Positions 1 to 12,682 are shown, numbered from the stretch's first letter. The stretch: DNA of 64,000 nucleotides from Bacteroidetes bacterium QS_8_68_28 (GCA_003022485.1 PXTS01000015.1:753-64752); one strand, 5' to 3'. Notes: generated from the sequence alone by a model not told the origin. Program-made: numbers and translations.

Positions 1-1491
1 GGCGACCTTGTCGTAGGCCCCCTCGCGCTCCAGGTTCTCCGCTTCCACGCGGAGCTCGTCCAGCTCCTCCTTCGCGTCGCGCACGGTCTGAATGTACTCT
101 TTTTCCTCCTGCCAGCGCGCGCGAAGCTCGTCGCGCTCCTCTTCGAGATTTGAAATCTCCTCGTTGATCGATTCGAGCTTAGCCTCATTGCCGTCGCGCT
201 TGACGCCCTCGCGCTCGATTTCGAGCTGGCGGATGTCGCGCTCCAGCTTGTCGAGCTCTTCGGGCAAGGAATCGATTTCGAGCCGCAGCTTCGAGGCCGA
301 CTCGTCGATCAGGTCGATGGCCTTGTCCGGCAGGAAGCGGTCGGTGATGTAGCGCTCAGACAGTTCGGCGGCCGCCACCAGCGCCGCGTCGGTGATCTTG
401 ACGCCGTGGTGCACCTCGTAACGCTCGTTGATGCCACGCAAAATCGAGACGGTCTCCGCAATACTCGGCTCCTCGACGAGCACCATTTGGAAGCGGCGCT
501 CCAGCGCCTTGTCCTTCTCGAAGTGCTTGCGGTACTCCTCCAGCGTGGTCGCGCCGATGGCGCGCAGCTCACCGCGCGCGAGGGCCGGCTTGAGGATGTT
601 GGCCGCGTCCATCGATCCTTCCGAAGCGCCTGCGCCGACGAGCGTGTGCAATTCGTCGATGAAGAGGATGATTTCGCCGTCGCTCTCGCTGACTTCCTTG
701 ACGACGGCCTTGAGGCGGTCTTCGAACTCCCCGCGGTACTTGGCCCCCGCGATCAGCGCGCCCATGTCCAGCGCCACGATGCGTTTGGACTGAAGCCCCT
801 CCGGCACGTCGCCCTGCGCGATGCGAATCGCCAGCCCTTCGGCGATGGCCGTCTTGCCGGTGCCCGGCTCGCCGGTAAGGACGGGGTTGTTCTTGCGGCG
901 ACGCGAGAGAATCTGAAGCACACGGCGAATTTCCTCGTCGCGCCCGATCACCGGGTCGATCTTGCCCGCGCGCGCCAATTCGTTGAGGTCGCGGGCGTAC
1001 TTGTCGAGCGCTTGGTAGCGATCCTCGGCGTGCGGGTCGTCGGCGGTCTGCGAACCGCGCACCTCCTGCATGACCTCCTCCACGGTCTCTTTGGTCGCGC
1101 CCTCTTCGCGGAGCGTGTTGCCGACGGCGTCTTGGCTTTCCGCCAGCGCCACGAGCAGGTGCTCGGAGGAGACGTAGTCGTCGCCCAAGAGGTCCGCCTC
1201 GGCGCGGGCGCGGTCGAAGACGTTCTTGGTGTCATCACTGAGGTACTGCCCGCTCACGCTCGCGCCGGTGACGGTCGGGAGTTTCTCCATCGCTTGCTCG
1301 GCGCGTTGACGCAGGCGGTCGGGGCTCGCCCCGATGCGGCGCAAGACGGTCACGGCCACGCCGTCGCCGTCGGCCAAGAGGGCGGTGAGCAGATGTGCCG
1401 GCTCGACGCCCTGGTGATTCTGCCCGGCGGCGCGCTCGAGGGCGTCTTGGACCGTCTCCTGCGCTTTGACGGTGAACTTCTGCAAATTCAT
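1..1491 (-). CDS. clpB: ATP-dependent chaperone ClpB, N-terminal ~497 codons (gene continues past the left window edge)
   Basis: Minus frame is open from ATG 1491-1489 down to base 1 (no stop, so absent from the ORF track). Hand translation gives [35 protein letters not shown]. Walker [11 protein letters not shown] lies near 850-880, [19 protein letters not shown] at 301-357, and coiled-coil text [20 protein letters not shown] at 1-60. Confidence 0.9.
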   Translation of the reverse strand, partial: MNLQKFTVKAQETVQDALERAAGQNHQGVEPAHLLTALLADGDGVAVTVLRRIGASPDRLRQRAEQAMEKLPTVTGASVSGQYLSDDTKNVFDRARAEADLLGDDYVSSEHLLVALAESQDAVGNTLREEGATKETVEEVMQEVRGSQTADDPHAEDRYQALDKYARDLNELARAGKIDPVIGRDEEIRRVLQILSRRRKNNPVLTGEPGTGKTAIAEGLAIRIAQGDVPEGLQSKRIVALDMGALIAGAKYRGEFEDRLKAVVKEVSESDGEIILFIDELHTLVGAGASEGSMDAANILKPALARGELRAIGATTLEEYRKHFEKDKALERRFQMVLVEEPSIAETVSILRGINERYEVHHGVKITDAALVAAAELSERYITDRFLPDKAIDLIDESASKLRLEIDSLPEELDKLERDIRQLEIEREGVKRDGNEAKLESINEEISNLEEERDELRARWQEEKEYIQTVRDAKEELDELRVEAENLEREGAYDKVA

Positions 1492-1875
1492 GGGTTTGGG
1501 TTTCGGGTTGGGGGACTGGCGCGAGTCGCATTGCTCCGTACAAATTGGTTTCGGCTGTCGCAAAACTCGAAAAGCGTGCCGAGCGTTTGCGGGGTGACGT
1601 TTTGGCAGAGCCTTCGCGCTTTCGAGCCGCGGGGAAAGGTTCGGGGTTCTCTGCGCGCGACCGGGGCGGCCTGAGAAACGTTCGACTTGCAACCTTCGAC
1701 CAACCGCGCGAGCGAAGCGGGCGCAAAGAGACGATGAAAAGATGACGCGGCGCGTCAAATACGGGATCTTGTGACGCGCTGCGTTATAGAAACTTGCAAG
1801 AGCAAATTGCGCAAGGCAACGCGCCGGCGGCCCAAGCCCACCATTCATTATCTACCAGTCTCGAGACAACGCATC

Positions 1876-2592
1876 ATGACTACGACGAATGACCAGAACA
1901 CGCACGGACAGCAAGAAATCAAAGAAGGCGCCGACCAGGTGAAAGGCGGCGCGGCCCAGGCCGAGGCCGGAGCTGAGAGCATCGCCGCCGGCGTCTACGA
2001 CGAGACGCAGCGCGGCCTCTCCCGTGCGATGGCGTTGCCGGGCCAAGCGATCTCGGCAGGCCGCGACGTGTGGCGGGCGGGCCTCGGGGCGCTCTCGGCG
2101 GCGGAGGAACAAGGGGTCGATTTCTACCACGACCTCGTCGAGCGCGGCGAGCAGCTCGAAAAGCAGGGCCGCGACCAGATCAGCAAAACGGCGCGCGACC
2201 TCAACGAGCACCAGCAGCGTGCGGTGAAGTCCGCCAGCGACACGGCCGCCGGCACCGCTACGGCCATCGAGCGGGCCGTCAACGGGGCGTTCCGCAGCGT
2301 CTTCGGGCGGCTGGACGTGCCCACGCGCGGGGAGGTGCAGAGCTTGGCGGCGAAGGTCGAGCGCCTGGCTAAGAAGCTCGACGGGGTGGCCGCCACGCTC
2401 GAAAAGCAGCAGAGCGGCACTGCGATGGCCGCTGCCGCCGAGGTTTCTGGTCTCGCCGCCTACCACGTCAGCCCGCACGACGACGGCTGGGCGGTTACCA
2501 AAGAGGGCGCCGAGCGCGCCACCAGCGTCTACGGTACCAAGCAAGACCGCTCGGTGCAGGAGACCTTCACCTACGAGGGCAAGGAGGACTGA
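1876..2592 (+). CDS. Phasin-family (PHA granule-associated) protein with C-terminal DUF2188-like tail
   Basis: ORF 1771..2592 trimmed to the first ATG (1876, MTTTNDQ). The central part (RDVWRAGLGALSAAEEQGVDFYHDLVERGEQLEKQG ... GRLDVPTRGEVQSLAAKVERLAKKLD) fits the phasin pattern. The tail YHVSPHDDGWAVTKEGAERATSVYGTKQD resembles DUF2188. Confidence 0.75.
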   Translation: MTTTNDQNTHGQQEIKEGADQVKGGAAQAEAGAESIAAGVYDETQRGLSRAMALPGQAISAGRDVWRAGLGALSAAEEQGVDFYHDLVERGEQLEKQGRDQISKTARDLNEHQQRAVKSASDTAAGTATAIERAVNGAFRSVFGRLDVPTRGEVQSLAAKVERLAKKLDGVAATLEKQQSGTAMAAAAEVSGLAAYHVSPHDDGWAVTKEGAERATSVYGTKQDRSVQETFTYEGKED

Positions 2593-2706
2593 CGCGCCCC
2601 TCTCGGCAATGCGAAGGGACAGAGAGAGCGCCTGCTTTCGCAGCCGCGTGTGCTGCTGGAGGCGGGCGCTTTCTGTTTGAAGAACGTTTTTGAGGGGGAG
2701 CGAGCT

Positions 2707-4926
2707 TTACTGGTCCACCGTGAAGTAGCCGTCGGGGAAGCCCACATTCGTCTCGAAGCCGGTGACGGTGGTGGTGGCGCGCTGCTGCCCGCCCTGGTAG
2801 ACGGCTCGCTCGTAGGGCACCATCACGCCGCTCTTTTCGCGGAAGTCGCCGAGGACCGTGGTGACCTCCTGGCCCTGCGCCTGCGCGACGAGGCGCGCGG
2901 GCATCATCGTGTCGGGGTGCACCAGCATCGTGAAGGGGTCGCCCTTTGGGGGCGTGATGCGGAGCGCGCGGTACGCGGTGCCCTCGACCGTCTGCGTGCC
3001 CTGGTCGGCGGGTTCAAGGTCGTCGGCGCGGGCCATCAGGTAGGTGGGGTCTTGCTGAAGGCCGCTCAGAAACTGGCGGCGCAGTTGCGGCGGGGCCGGC
3101 CGCGTGTTGCCGCCCATCCGCATGTAGGTTTGTTCGCCGGTGTCGATGATCGTGACCATTCCCTGGGGGGTCTCGACCTCGGCGTGGATCTGCCCGGTCA
3201 GGTCGGTTGCAACGGTCTGCGCGATGGTTTGCTGCCCGGCCTGGGTTTCCAGCGACTGGCGCACGTTCTCGATCTGGTCGTAGGCGCTGCCGCCCATCGC
3301 CTCGCGCACCTCGGCCAGGAGGTCCTGCCCGGCGGCCCGGTCTTCCTCGCCGGCGATCGGCTCCTCGGCCTCGCCCGGTGGGCTGGTGGGGATCGAGATG
3401 TCGATTTCGTTGACCTCGCCGCCTCCTTGGGAGAGCGTCGAAATCGGTTCGCCAAAGCCTTCGGGGTTGCCCAGCACGAGCACGTCCATCGCCTCGGGCG
3501 CGAGGTACTTCTGGGAGACGCGGTACACGTCCTGCGGCGTCACCTCGGCTACGCCCTGGCGCGTCTGCTCCAGGAAGTCGCGCGGGTAATCGTACTTCTC
3601 GTAGGTCATCAGGCGGTCCAGGATTTCCGAGCGCGTGTCGAAGTTGAATACGAAAGAGTTCAAAAACGAGTCCTTCGCCAGCGTGACCTCCTCCTCGCTG
3701 GGGGGGGCTTGGCGCATTCCTTCAATCTCGCTCATGACCGACTGCGCCGCCTCGACGGTCGTGCCGCTTTTGGTCTGCACTTGCGCCAGGAAGGGGCCGG
3801 GCGTTCGGTAGCCGGCATTGTACGACCCGCTCACGGAGTAGGCGAGGCCCTGGTCGGTGCGCACGTTCTTGAAAAGCCGGCTGGTGAAGCCGCCGCTCAG
3901 GACCTCGTTCATCACGATGACCGGGAAGTAGTCCGGGTCGTCGCGCGTGAGGGTGCCGAGGTAGCCCATGCGCACGGTGCTCTGGTTGACGTCGGTTTTC
4001 TCCACGAGGTTGACCGAGTAGTCGCGTTCGCCCTCCGGCTCCGGCGGCTCCGGCGGCGTAAAGCCCTCCGCCTGCTCCCACCCGCTGAAGGCGTTGCGCA
4101 GCTTCTCTTTCATCTGCGGGGTATCGAAGTCGCCCCACACGCTGAGCATCGTGTTGTTGGGGTGCAAGTACTCGTCGTGGAAGTTCACCAGGTCCTCGCG
4201 GTTGATCTCGCTGAGAGTGTAGTACTGCGGGATGCGCGCGTAGGGGCTGTCCGCGCCGTAGACGAGCTTGTCGAACTCGCGGCTGACGATCTGCTCGGGG
4301 TTGTCGTTGCGCCGGCTGATGGCCCCGCGCGTCTGGCTTTTGGCCTGGGCGACCTTGTCCTCGGCAAAGGCCGGGTTGGCCAACACGTCCACGAAGACCG
4401 GCAGCACGTCGTCCACGTTCTCCGCGAGCGTGCTCATCGAGGCCCCGCCGCTGGTCTCGCCGACGTACGTCTCGACGCTCGCGCCGAGGTTTTCGAGAAG
4501 CTGGTTCACCTCGTCCGACGTCATCGACTGCGTGCCGCCGGTGCGCATTACCGTCCCGGTGATCGAGGCGAGGCCGGCGTGGTCTTCCGGCGCCCACACC
4601 GAGCCGACCCCCACGCGCGCCGAGGCGTTGACGGTCGGCAGCTCGTGGTCTTCGATCAGGAAGATCTTCATGCCGTTATCCAGCGTCATCTCCTCGACCT
4701 GTGGAACCTGGAAGTCCGACAGCTCGGGAAAGTCGAGATTTTCGACGTCGTAGCTGACTTTCGTGATCTGCCGGACGGCTTCCTCGCTGCTCATTTCGCT
4801 GTCGCCGCTTTCCATGTCGGCATCGTCGGGGGGCGGCGGCGAGGCGGTCTGCCCGGCTCCGGCGCACCCGGCGGCAACGAGGGCGAAGGCGAGCAGCAGA
4901 GCGGTCAGGGGGCGGGGGCGGTGCAT
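2707..4926 (-). CDS. M16 (pitrilysin) family protein, non-catalytic type, lipoprotein-like signal
   Basis: ORF track, 739 aa, ATG at 4926. N-terminus is LLLAFALVAAGC (lipobox-like). It has two M16-like halves, but the zinc-motif position reads GLASITGTVM (no HxxEH). It sits next to a catalytic M16 gene. Confidence 0.85.
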   Translation of the reverse strand: MHRPRPLTALLLAFALVAAGCAGAGQTASPPPPDDADMESGDSEMSSEEAVRQITKVSYDVENLDFPELSDFQVPQVEEMTLDNGMKIFLIEDHELPTVNASARVGVGSVWAPEDHAGLASITGTVMRTGGTQSMTSDEVNQLLENLGASVETYVGETSGGASMSTLAENVDDVLPVFVDVLANPAFAEDKVAQAKSQTRGAISRRNDNPEQIVSREFDKLVYGADSPYARIPQYYTLSEINREDLVNFHDEYLHPNNTMLSVWGDFDTPQMKEKLRNAFSGWEQAEGFTPPEPPEPEGERDYSVNLVEKTDVNQSTVRMGYLGTLTRDDPDYFPVIVMNEVLSGGFTSRLFKNVRTDQGLAYSVSGSYNAGYRTPGPFLAQVQTKSGTTVEAAQSVMSEIEGMRQAPPSEEEVTLAKDSFLNSFVFNFDTRSEILDRLMTYEKYDYPRDFLEQTRQGVAEVTPQDVYRVSQKYLAPEAMDVLVLGNPEGFGEPISTLSQGGGEVNEIDISIPTSPPGEAEEPIAGEEDRAAGQDLLAEVREAMGGSAYDQIENVRQSLETQAGQQTIAQTVATDLTGQIHAEVETPQGMVTIIDTGEQTYMRMGGNTRPAPPQLRRQFLSGLQQDPTYLMARADDLEPADQGTQTVEGTAYRALRITPPKGDPFTMLVHPDTMMPARLVAQAQGQEVTTVLGDFREKSGVMVPYERAVYQGGQQRATTTVTGFETNVGFPDGYFTVDQ

Positions 4927-5025
4927 GGGTTGAGGAAGACGTTAAATGAAAGCAGGGACACACCGGCGGTGCGTCTGTACGGGGGGGGCAGCCGGGAGAA
5001 GAGCGCTGGGGCACGCGATTGCGCC

Positions 5026-6624
5026 TCACTCGCCCGAGGCGTCCTGCTCGGAAGGCGAGGCCACGGCGGTTGCGGACGGCTCGGCGTCCTCGGTGTTTTT
5101 GATGTAGGCGACGGTGCGATTGTCGCGCGTGAAGGTTTCCCGGGCGACTTCCTGCACGTCCGCGGCGGTGACGTTCTGGATCTCTTCGACCTGGCGGAAG
5201 GCATGCTTCCAGGAGCCGGCCGTCTGCTCGGCTTGTGCGAGCTGGAGGGCCAGCCCCATGTTCGAGTCGAGCCCGTTGATGAGGCTCACGCGCGCGCTGG
5301 TCTTGGCGCGCTCGAGCTCCTCCTGCGTGATGCCTTCTTCCTTGATCTCCTCGATCACGGCGTACATCTCTTTTTCCATCTGCCGGGGGCCGACGTCGTT
5401 GGCTGTGTTGGGCACGCCGAAGAGAATGAACAGGCCGGCATACTGGTCGCCGGGGAACGACGGAACGGCCTGCGCGGCGAGGGCCTTCTCGGTCTCCTGG
5501 AGCTGCTTGTAGAAGCGGCTGGTGCGCCCGCCGCCGAGCACGTCGGCGAGGACGGTGTAGGCGGCATCCTCCTCAGACTGCCCGCTCGGGCGGTGGTAGC
5601 CGATGCCCACGATGGGCTGGGACTGCTCGCGCAGAATCACGCGCCGCTCGCTGATCTGGTCCGGCTCGACGGTCGTCACCGGCGGGGCCGGGTCCTGCTC
5701 CTCGATGTCGCCGAAGTACTGCCGAGCCAGCTCGCGCACGCGTTGCGGTTGCACGTCCCCGGCGATGGCGATGGTCAGGTTCGTGGGTACGTAGTACTCG
5801 CTGTAAAACGCGCGCGCCTGGGTGCGCGTAAGGTTTTGCAGGTCCGACATGTGGCCGACCGTCGGCTGGCCGTAGGGGTGGGCCTTGAAGGCCGCCGCGA
5901 GCATCTCCTCGATCAGCCGGCCCTGCGGGCTCGACTCGGTGCGCGTCCGGCGCTCCTCCATCACCACGTCGCGCTCGGTGTAGAACTCGCGCAGCACCGG
6001 GTTTTTGAAGCGGTCGGACTCGAGGGCGAAGAACAGCTCTATCTTGTTAGCCGGGAGGCTGTAGAAGTAGCGCGTGGCGTCGGCGCTGGTGGAGGCGTTC
6101 ATGCCCTGCATGCCCGCCTGTGAGAGAATGCGGTCGAACTCGTTCTGGACGACCGGCTCTTTGGCGCGCTCGGTGGCTTTTTTGAGCTGGGCTTCCAGCT
6201 CGTTGATGCGGGCCGTGTCGGCCTGGGCGCCTTCGGCGCGTTCCAGGCGCAGCTTCTGGGCGATCTCTTCCTGCTTCTCCAGCAGCTCCAGCTCGCGCTC
6301 GATGTTTTCCGTGCCGATGGTGGTGGTGCCCTTGAAGGCCATGTGCTCGAACATGTGCGCGATGCCGGTCTGGCCGACGGGTTCGTCCACCGAGCCGACG
6401 TCGGCGTAGGTAACGAAGGAGGCCACCGGCGCGTCGTGGCGCTCGACGACGACGAACGTCAGCCCGTTGTCGAGCGTGAAGGTCGTGACCTTGTCTTCGA
6501 ACTCGCTGAGCAGGTCGCTGCGCTGCGCCTGCGCCGCCGGCGCGCCGAGAACGAGCAAGGCGGCCGTCGCGACCGCCAGGGCGGCGCAGAGGGGCGCGAA
6601 ACTTCTTCGCCGAAACGTACGCAT
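5026..6624 (-). CDS. M16 family zinc metallopeptidase (HxxEH)
   Basis: ORF track, 532 aa, with a signal peptide (LCAALAVATAALLVLGAPAAQA) and zinc motif GIAHMFEHMAFKGT. This is the typical paired arrangement with the upstream non-catalytic M16 gene. Confidence 0.9.
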   Translation of the reverse strand: MRTFRRRSFAPLCAALAVATAALLVLGAPAAQAQRSDLLSEFEDKVTTFTLDNGLTFVVVERHDAPVASFVTYADVGSVDEPVGQTGIAHMFEHMAFKGTTTIGTENIERELELLEKQEEIAQKLRLERAEGAQADTARINELEAQLKKATERAKEPVVQNEFDRILSQAGMQGMNASTSADATRYFYSLPANKIELFFALESDRFKNPVLREFYTERDVVMEERRTRTESSPQGRLIEEMLAAAFKAHPYGQPTVGHMSDLQNLTRTQARAFYSEYYVPTNLTIAIAGDVQPQRVRELARQYFGDIEEQDPAPPVTTVEPDQISERRVILREQSQPIVGIGYHRPSGQSEEDAAYTVLADVLGGGRTSRFYKQLQETEKALAAQAVPSFPGDQYAGLFILFGVPNTANDVGPRQMEKEMYAVIEEIKEEGITQEELERAKTSARVSLINGLDSNMGLALQLAQAEQTAGSWKHAFRQVEEIQNVTAADVQEVARETFTRDNRTVAYIKNTEDAEPSATAVASPSEQDASGE

Positions 6625-6884
6625 GAGAACGAAAGTCGGGGGAAGGGAAAAGCGGTGAGAACGAGGCGGTTTGCTTTCGCGTCAAATAACGCTTACAAGC
6701 TAAAAAAAGCGGGAAGCAGCATTCAAGGCCTTTTTTGACGTGCCGAACACAAAAATCGGTGCGACGAGCGCGCTCGACGTGTTACACGGCTTACCTGCGT
6801 AGGGGGCGGATGAGCGGATCCGGGACGAGCGCTCTGGGTTGAAGCAACTGTCGTTTCCGCTGCTCCGCAAGCCCGCCCACGCGC

Positions 6885-7232
6885 ATGGACGCCTCCGCCG
6901 ATTCCTCCCATAGCGACGACAACAACGACCGCCCGACCGATGGGCGCGCCGGCTCCTCCGATGAATGGTGGGTCGAGTTCCGTGAGCTGCTGGACGAGGA
7001 GACCGACTGGCCGACGACCTACACGTTCAAGTTTATCACGCCCCAGGACGGGCTGGAGGAGCTCAAGGAGATTTTCGAGGGCCATCCCGCCAGCGAAGAG
7101 GACCTGAAGGTGCGCTCCTCCTCGAAGGGCAACTACGTGAGCGTGACCGCGCGGCTGCGCATGAACTCCAGCGACGAAGTGCTCGACGTCTACGACCGCG
7201 CCTACGAGATCGACGATGTGATCGCTTTGTAG
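6885..7232 (+). CDS. DUF493 / YbeD-like small protein
   Basis: ORF track, 115 aa. An acidic N-tail is followed by WPTTYTFKFITPQ ... YVSVTARLRMNSSDEVLDVYDR, which is typical of the DUF493 family. Confidence 0.7.
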   Translation: MDASADSSHSDDNNDRPTDGRAGSSDEWWVEFRELLDEETDWPTTYTFKFITPQDGLEELKEIFEGHPASEEDLKVRSSSKGNYVSVTARLRMNSSDEVLDVYDRAYEIDDVIAL

Positions 7233-7292
7233 GAGGGGCGGACGACGGACCGTGGACGGCGGCTTCTCAACCCGCTGGTCAATCCAAAATCG

Positions 7293-8189
7293 TCAATCCC
7301 AGATCGGTCCCGCCCGGCCCGTCAAGGCGCGGGCGAGCTTCGGGAGCGCTTCGCCGAGGGGAGCTTGGACGTGCGCTGCGGCATCCTCCTCCGTTCCGCG
7401 CACGGGGCCGAGGTTGACGACGGCGAAGGGGCGTCCCTCCTTGCGGGCGCGGAGGGCGAACCGGAAGCCGGAGTAGACCGCCAGCGAGGAACCCAGCACC
7501 AGCAGCACCTCGGCCTCGTCGTAGAGCCGCCACGCGGCCTCCACGCGCCCTTCAGGCACCCTCCCGCCGAAGAAGACCACGCCGGGCATGAGCGCGCCGC
7601 TGCAGGCAGTGCAGCGCGGCACCTCGAAGCCTTCCGCCGCGCCGTCGGGGAGGGTGGCGTCCCCATCGGGCCGAAGTTTTACCGCGCCGGGGGGGAATCC
7701 GGGATTCGCCCGAAGCATGCGCTCCTGGAAGGCGTCGCGGCACGAGACGCGCTCGCAGTTCAGGCACCGCACGTCCGCCAGCGCGCCATGCAGGTCCACC
7801 ACGCGCCGCGAGCCGGCCTGCTGGTGGAGGCGGTCTACGTTCTGGGTGATGACGCCGCTGGTGAGGCCCGCTTCCTCCAGGCGTGCCAGCGCGCGATGCC
7901 CGTCGTTGGGGCGCGCGGCGCGGAAGCGCGGCCAGCCCACCGCCGAGCGCGCCCAGTAGCGGCGGCGCGCCTCGGGGCTTTCGACGAAGGTGCTGTGGCG
8001 CATCGGGTCGGGGCTGCGGCGCGTACCGTCGGGGCGGCGGTAGTCGGGGATGCCGCTCTCGGTGCTGATGCCCGCTCCGGTGAGGGCGACGGTGCGACGT
8101 TCGCGCATTAGGTCCGCCAGCCGCTGGAGGGGTTCTTCCGGAGGCGTCCGAGGCGTCGCGGGGGGTGCGGAAGCGCGGGAAACGGGCAC
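7293..8189 (-). CDS. cobB: NAD-dependent protein deacylase, Sir2 family
   Basis: 298 aa, GTG start. Motifs present: GAGISTESGIPDYR, QNVDRLH, Zn-ribbon cysteines CLNC...CTAC, and LLVLGSSLAVYS. Confidence 0.85.
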   Translation of the reverse strand: MPVSRASAPPATPRTPPEEPLQRLADLMRERRTVALTGAGISTESGIPDYRRPDGTRRSPDPMRHSTFVESPEARRRYWARSAVGWPRFRAARPNDGHRALARLEEAGLTSGVITQNVDRLHQQAGSRRVVDLHGALADVRCLNCERVSCRDAFQERMLRANPGFPPGAVKLRPDGDATLPDGAAEGFEVPRCTACSGALMPGVVFFGGRVPEGRVEAAWRLYDEAEVLLVLGSSLAVYSGFRFALRARKEGRPFAVVNLGPVRGTEEDAAAHVQAPLGEALPKLARALTGRAGPIWD

Positions 8190-8643
8190 GGGGCGCGGGC
8201 AGAAGAGAGACAGTGGGCTGGCGATGCCCTACGCTTCTGTGGTTTCTCGGGTTCGGGGCGACGAACGAGCAAACCAGCTCCGCATGGAGGGGGGAGGCCG
8301 GTTTGCTTCGTCGATTTTCGTATCTCGCAGGCTGGGCAGCAGTCGAAGCTGGTCAGTAGTCGAACTGGACGCGCGTGAGCCGCCCGTCCGGTCCGGCGGT
8401 CCCCCCTGAGTGGCCCGCTCCATGGCCTGCGGGCCGGCGAAGGCGGCGCCCCAGTACGCCTGCGTCGTATCCAGCACCGCCGAGCGGAGCGCCCGCCGTC
8501 GCCCGAGTAACCGGCGCGTTGCCGGGTGCTTGCGGCGGCGTCGGACGGATCCGGCGCGAACTCGCGCTGCGGGGCGGCATAGAACAATGGCTCGACAACG
8601 CCCCCCGAAACCTTCAACCCGGAGTCCGCAACTGCGAAGCCAC

Positions 8644-11358
<2,715 letters not shown>

Positions 11359-11455
11359 CGGTTAATTTTTGGGATTGGTTTTCTTCAGCGACGCTTGCGC
11401 GCTACCGTAAGACACGTGAGCAAGTGAAGACGCAACGTGCGTGTGGTTTTTGGGC

Positions 11456-11513
11456 TTTGGTTTTTGGTTCTTGGTCCTCGGGAGGCGAAACCACCAACTA
11501 CCAAAAACCAAAA
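11456..11513 (+). terminator. Long imperfect GT/AC-rich hairpin ~100 nt downstream of the leuS stop (possible terminator or structured spacer RNA)
   Basis: Left arm is TTTGGTTTTTGGTTCTTGGT (11456-11475). Right arm is ACCACCAACTACCAAAAACCAAA (11490-11513). There are 13 consecutive complementary bases plus 5 more, around a GC-rich loop CCTCGGGAGGCGAA. Confidence 0.35.
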
Positions 11514-11532
11514 GCGAACGAAGTGAGTGCAC
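11512..11532 (+). repeat. Copy of the dispersed 21-nt spacer repeat (consensus CAGCGAGCGAAGCGAGCGGAC)
   Basis: AAGCGAACGAAGTGAGTGCAC matches the 13490-13511 copy (reverse complement) at 18/21. It overlaps the proposed GTG start of bshB1. Confidence 0.5.
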
Positions 11533-12302
11533 CGACCCCTGCCCCTCTCGACCTGCTCGCCCTCGCCGCTCATCCCGACGACGTGGAGCTCTGCGCCGGC
11601 GGTACGATGTGCACCCTCGGCCAGCAAGGCTACCGCACCGGCGTGGTGGATTTTACCCAAGGCCAGCTCGGCTCGCGCGGCACGCCGGAGAAGCGCATGA
11701 AAGAGGCCGCGAAGGCATCGGAGGTCATGGGGCTCGCCGCGCGGGAGAACCTCGGGCTCATGGACGGCGAAATCGCCAACACGCGCGAACACCAGCGAAC
11801 GATCATCCGCCAAGTGCGCCGCTTCCGTCCGCACGTGGTGCTGGTGAACGCCCTGGAGACGCGCCACCCCGACCACCACGACGCCGCGCGCCTCGCGCTC
11901 GACGCGCTCTTCTACGGCGGCCTGCGCAAAATCGAGACAACCGACCCAGAGACCGGCGCCCCCCAGGAGCCGTGGCGCCCACACCACACGCTGCACTACA
12001 TGCAGGCGGTGCCTTTCGACAACCCTACGCTGGTGGTGGACGTCTCGGACGTGTGGGAGCAGCGTCTCGACGCGCTTCAATCCTTTGAATCCCAGTTTTT
12101 TAACCCCGAATACGACGCCGGCGCGGACGAGCCCGAGACGTTCGTCTCCAACCGTAACTTCTTCGACTGGGTCGAGGCGCAGGCGCGCACCTATGGCTAC
12201 AAGGTCGGCGCCACGTTCGGCGAGCCGTTCAAGTACCACCGCGGCCCCTTCGGCACCGACGACCTGATGCGCGTCCTCGAGAATGAGAAGGCGTACCGCT
12301 GA
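11523..12302 (+). CDS. bshB1: N-acetyl-alpha-D-glucosaminyl L-malate deacetylase (LmbE/PIG-L family, BshB1-like)
   Basis: ORF 11088..12302 overlaps leuS, so it is trimmed to in-frame GTG 11523; there is no ATG before the conserved LDLLALAAHPDDVELCAGGTM. It also contains RHPDHHDAARL and ends like BshB1 (LDALQSFESQF). The start is uncertain. Confidence 0.8.
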   Translation: MSAPTPAPLDLLALAAHPDDVELCAGGTMCTLGQQGYRTGVVDFTQGQLGSRGTPEKRMKEAAKASEVMGLAARENLGLMDGEIANTREHQRTIIRQVRRFRPHVVLVNALETRHPDHHDAARLALDALFYGGLRKIETTDPETGAPQEPWRPHHTLHYMQAVPFDNPTLVVDVSDVWEQRLDALQSFESQFFNPEYDAGADEPETFVSNRNFFDWVEAQARTYGYKVGATFGEPFKYHRGPFGTDDLMRVLENEKAYR

Positions 12303-12682
12303 GAGGCAGCCCAGGCCGGCCGCGCAGAAATCACGGAAGCGCGCTCCCGTCGCTCTCGCCCTCGTCGTCCTCGCGCCGGCGAAAGGCGACGACAGTGAAC
12401 GCCCCGGCAGGTCTGCACACAGGGAAGGGAGGGTACGCGCAGGAAGCTGAGGGGCCGCCCCTTGCGAACCCGCACACGACGACAAGCCGCGTTCCCTCTC
12501 GCTCGGTGGTTACGAGCCGGTGTGCCCGGGACCGTTCCTGCTGGAGGGCCTTCTGCTCCTGCTCCCGCAACGCCGTCCGGCGGAAAAGCACGTGAAACGC
12601 CGCGCGCGGCGAACGACGCGCGGCCCGCATCGTAGCGAACGAACCGGTGCGTGACGGACGGCAGCATTTTCGCTCGCAGAAA

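Noticed and set aside
2650-6123. Very long ORFs antisense to real genes. Examples: 2650..6123 (+), 8614..11307 (-), 12706..14496 (-), 17892..21251 (-), 35237..37243 (-), 46616..48355 (-), 49120..50913 (+), 60097..61944 (+).
   Set aside because: These are typical shadow ORFs of high-GC DNA. Their translations are R/A/G/P-rich with no motifs, while the opposite strand or another frame encodes proteins with clear family signatures.
7293-8189. Sir2-domain protein considered as a possible defence effector (Thoeris/DSR-like).
   Set aside because: It has the full housekeeping CobB/sirtuin architecture (NAD pocket motifs plus a Zn ribbon) and normal size. It has no fused sensor domain and no partner defence gene.
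8410-8643. The N-terminal extensions suggested by the ORF track for leuS (8410), gcvH (15671), accB (13522), bshB1 (11088), phhA (26044), prmC (28042) and others.
   Set aside because: The extensions are R/P/S-rich, overlap upstream genes or spacer repeats, and the conserved N-termini begin at the internal start codons used in the feature table.
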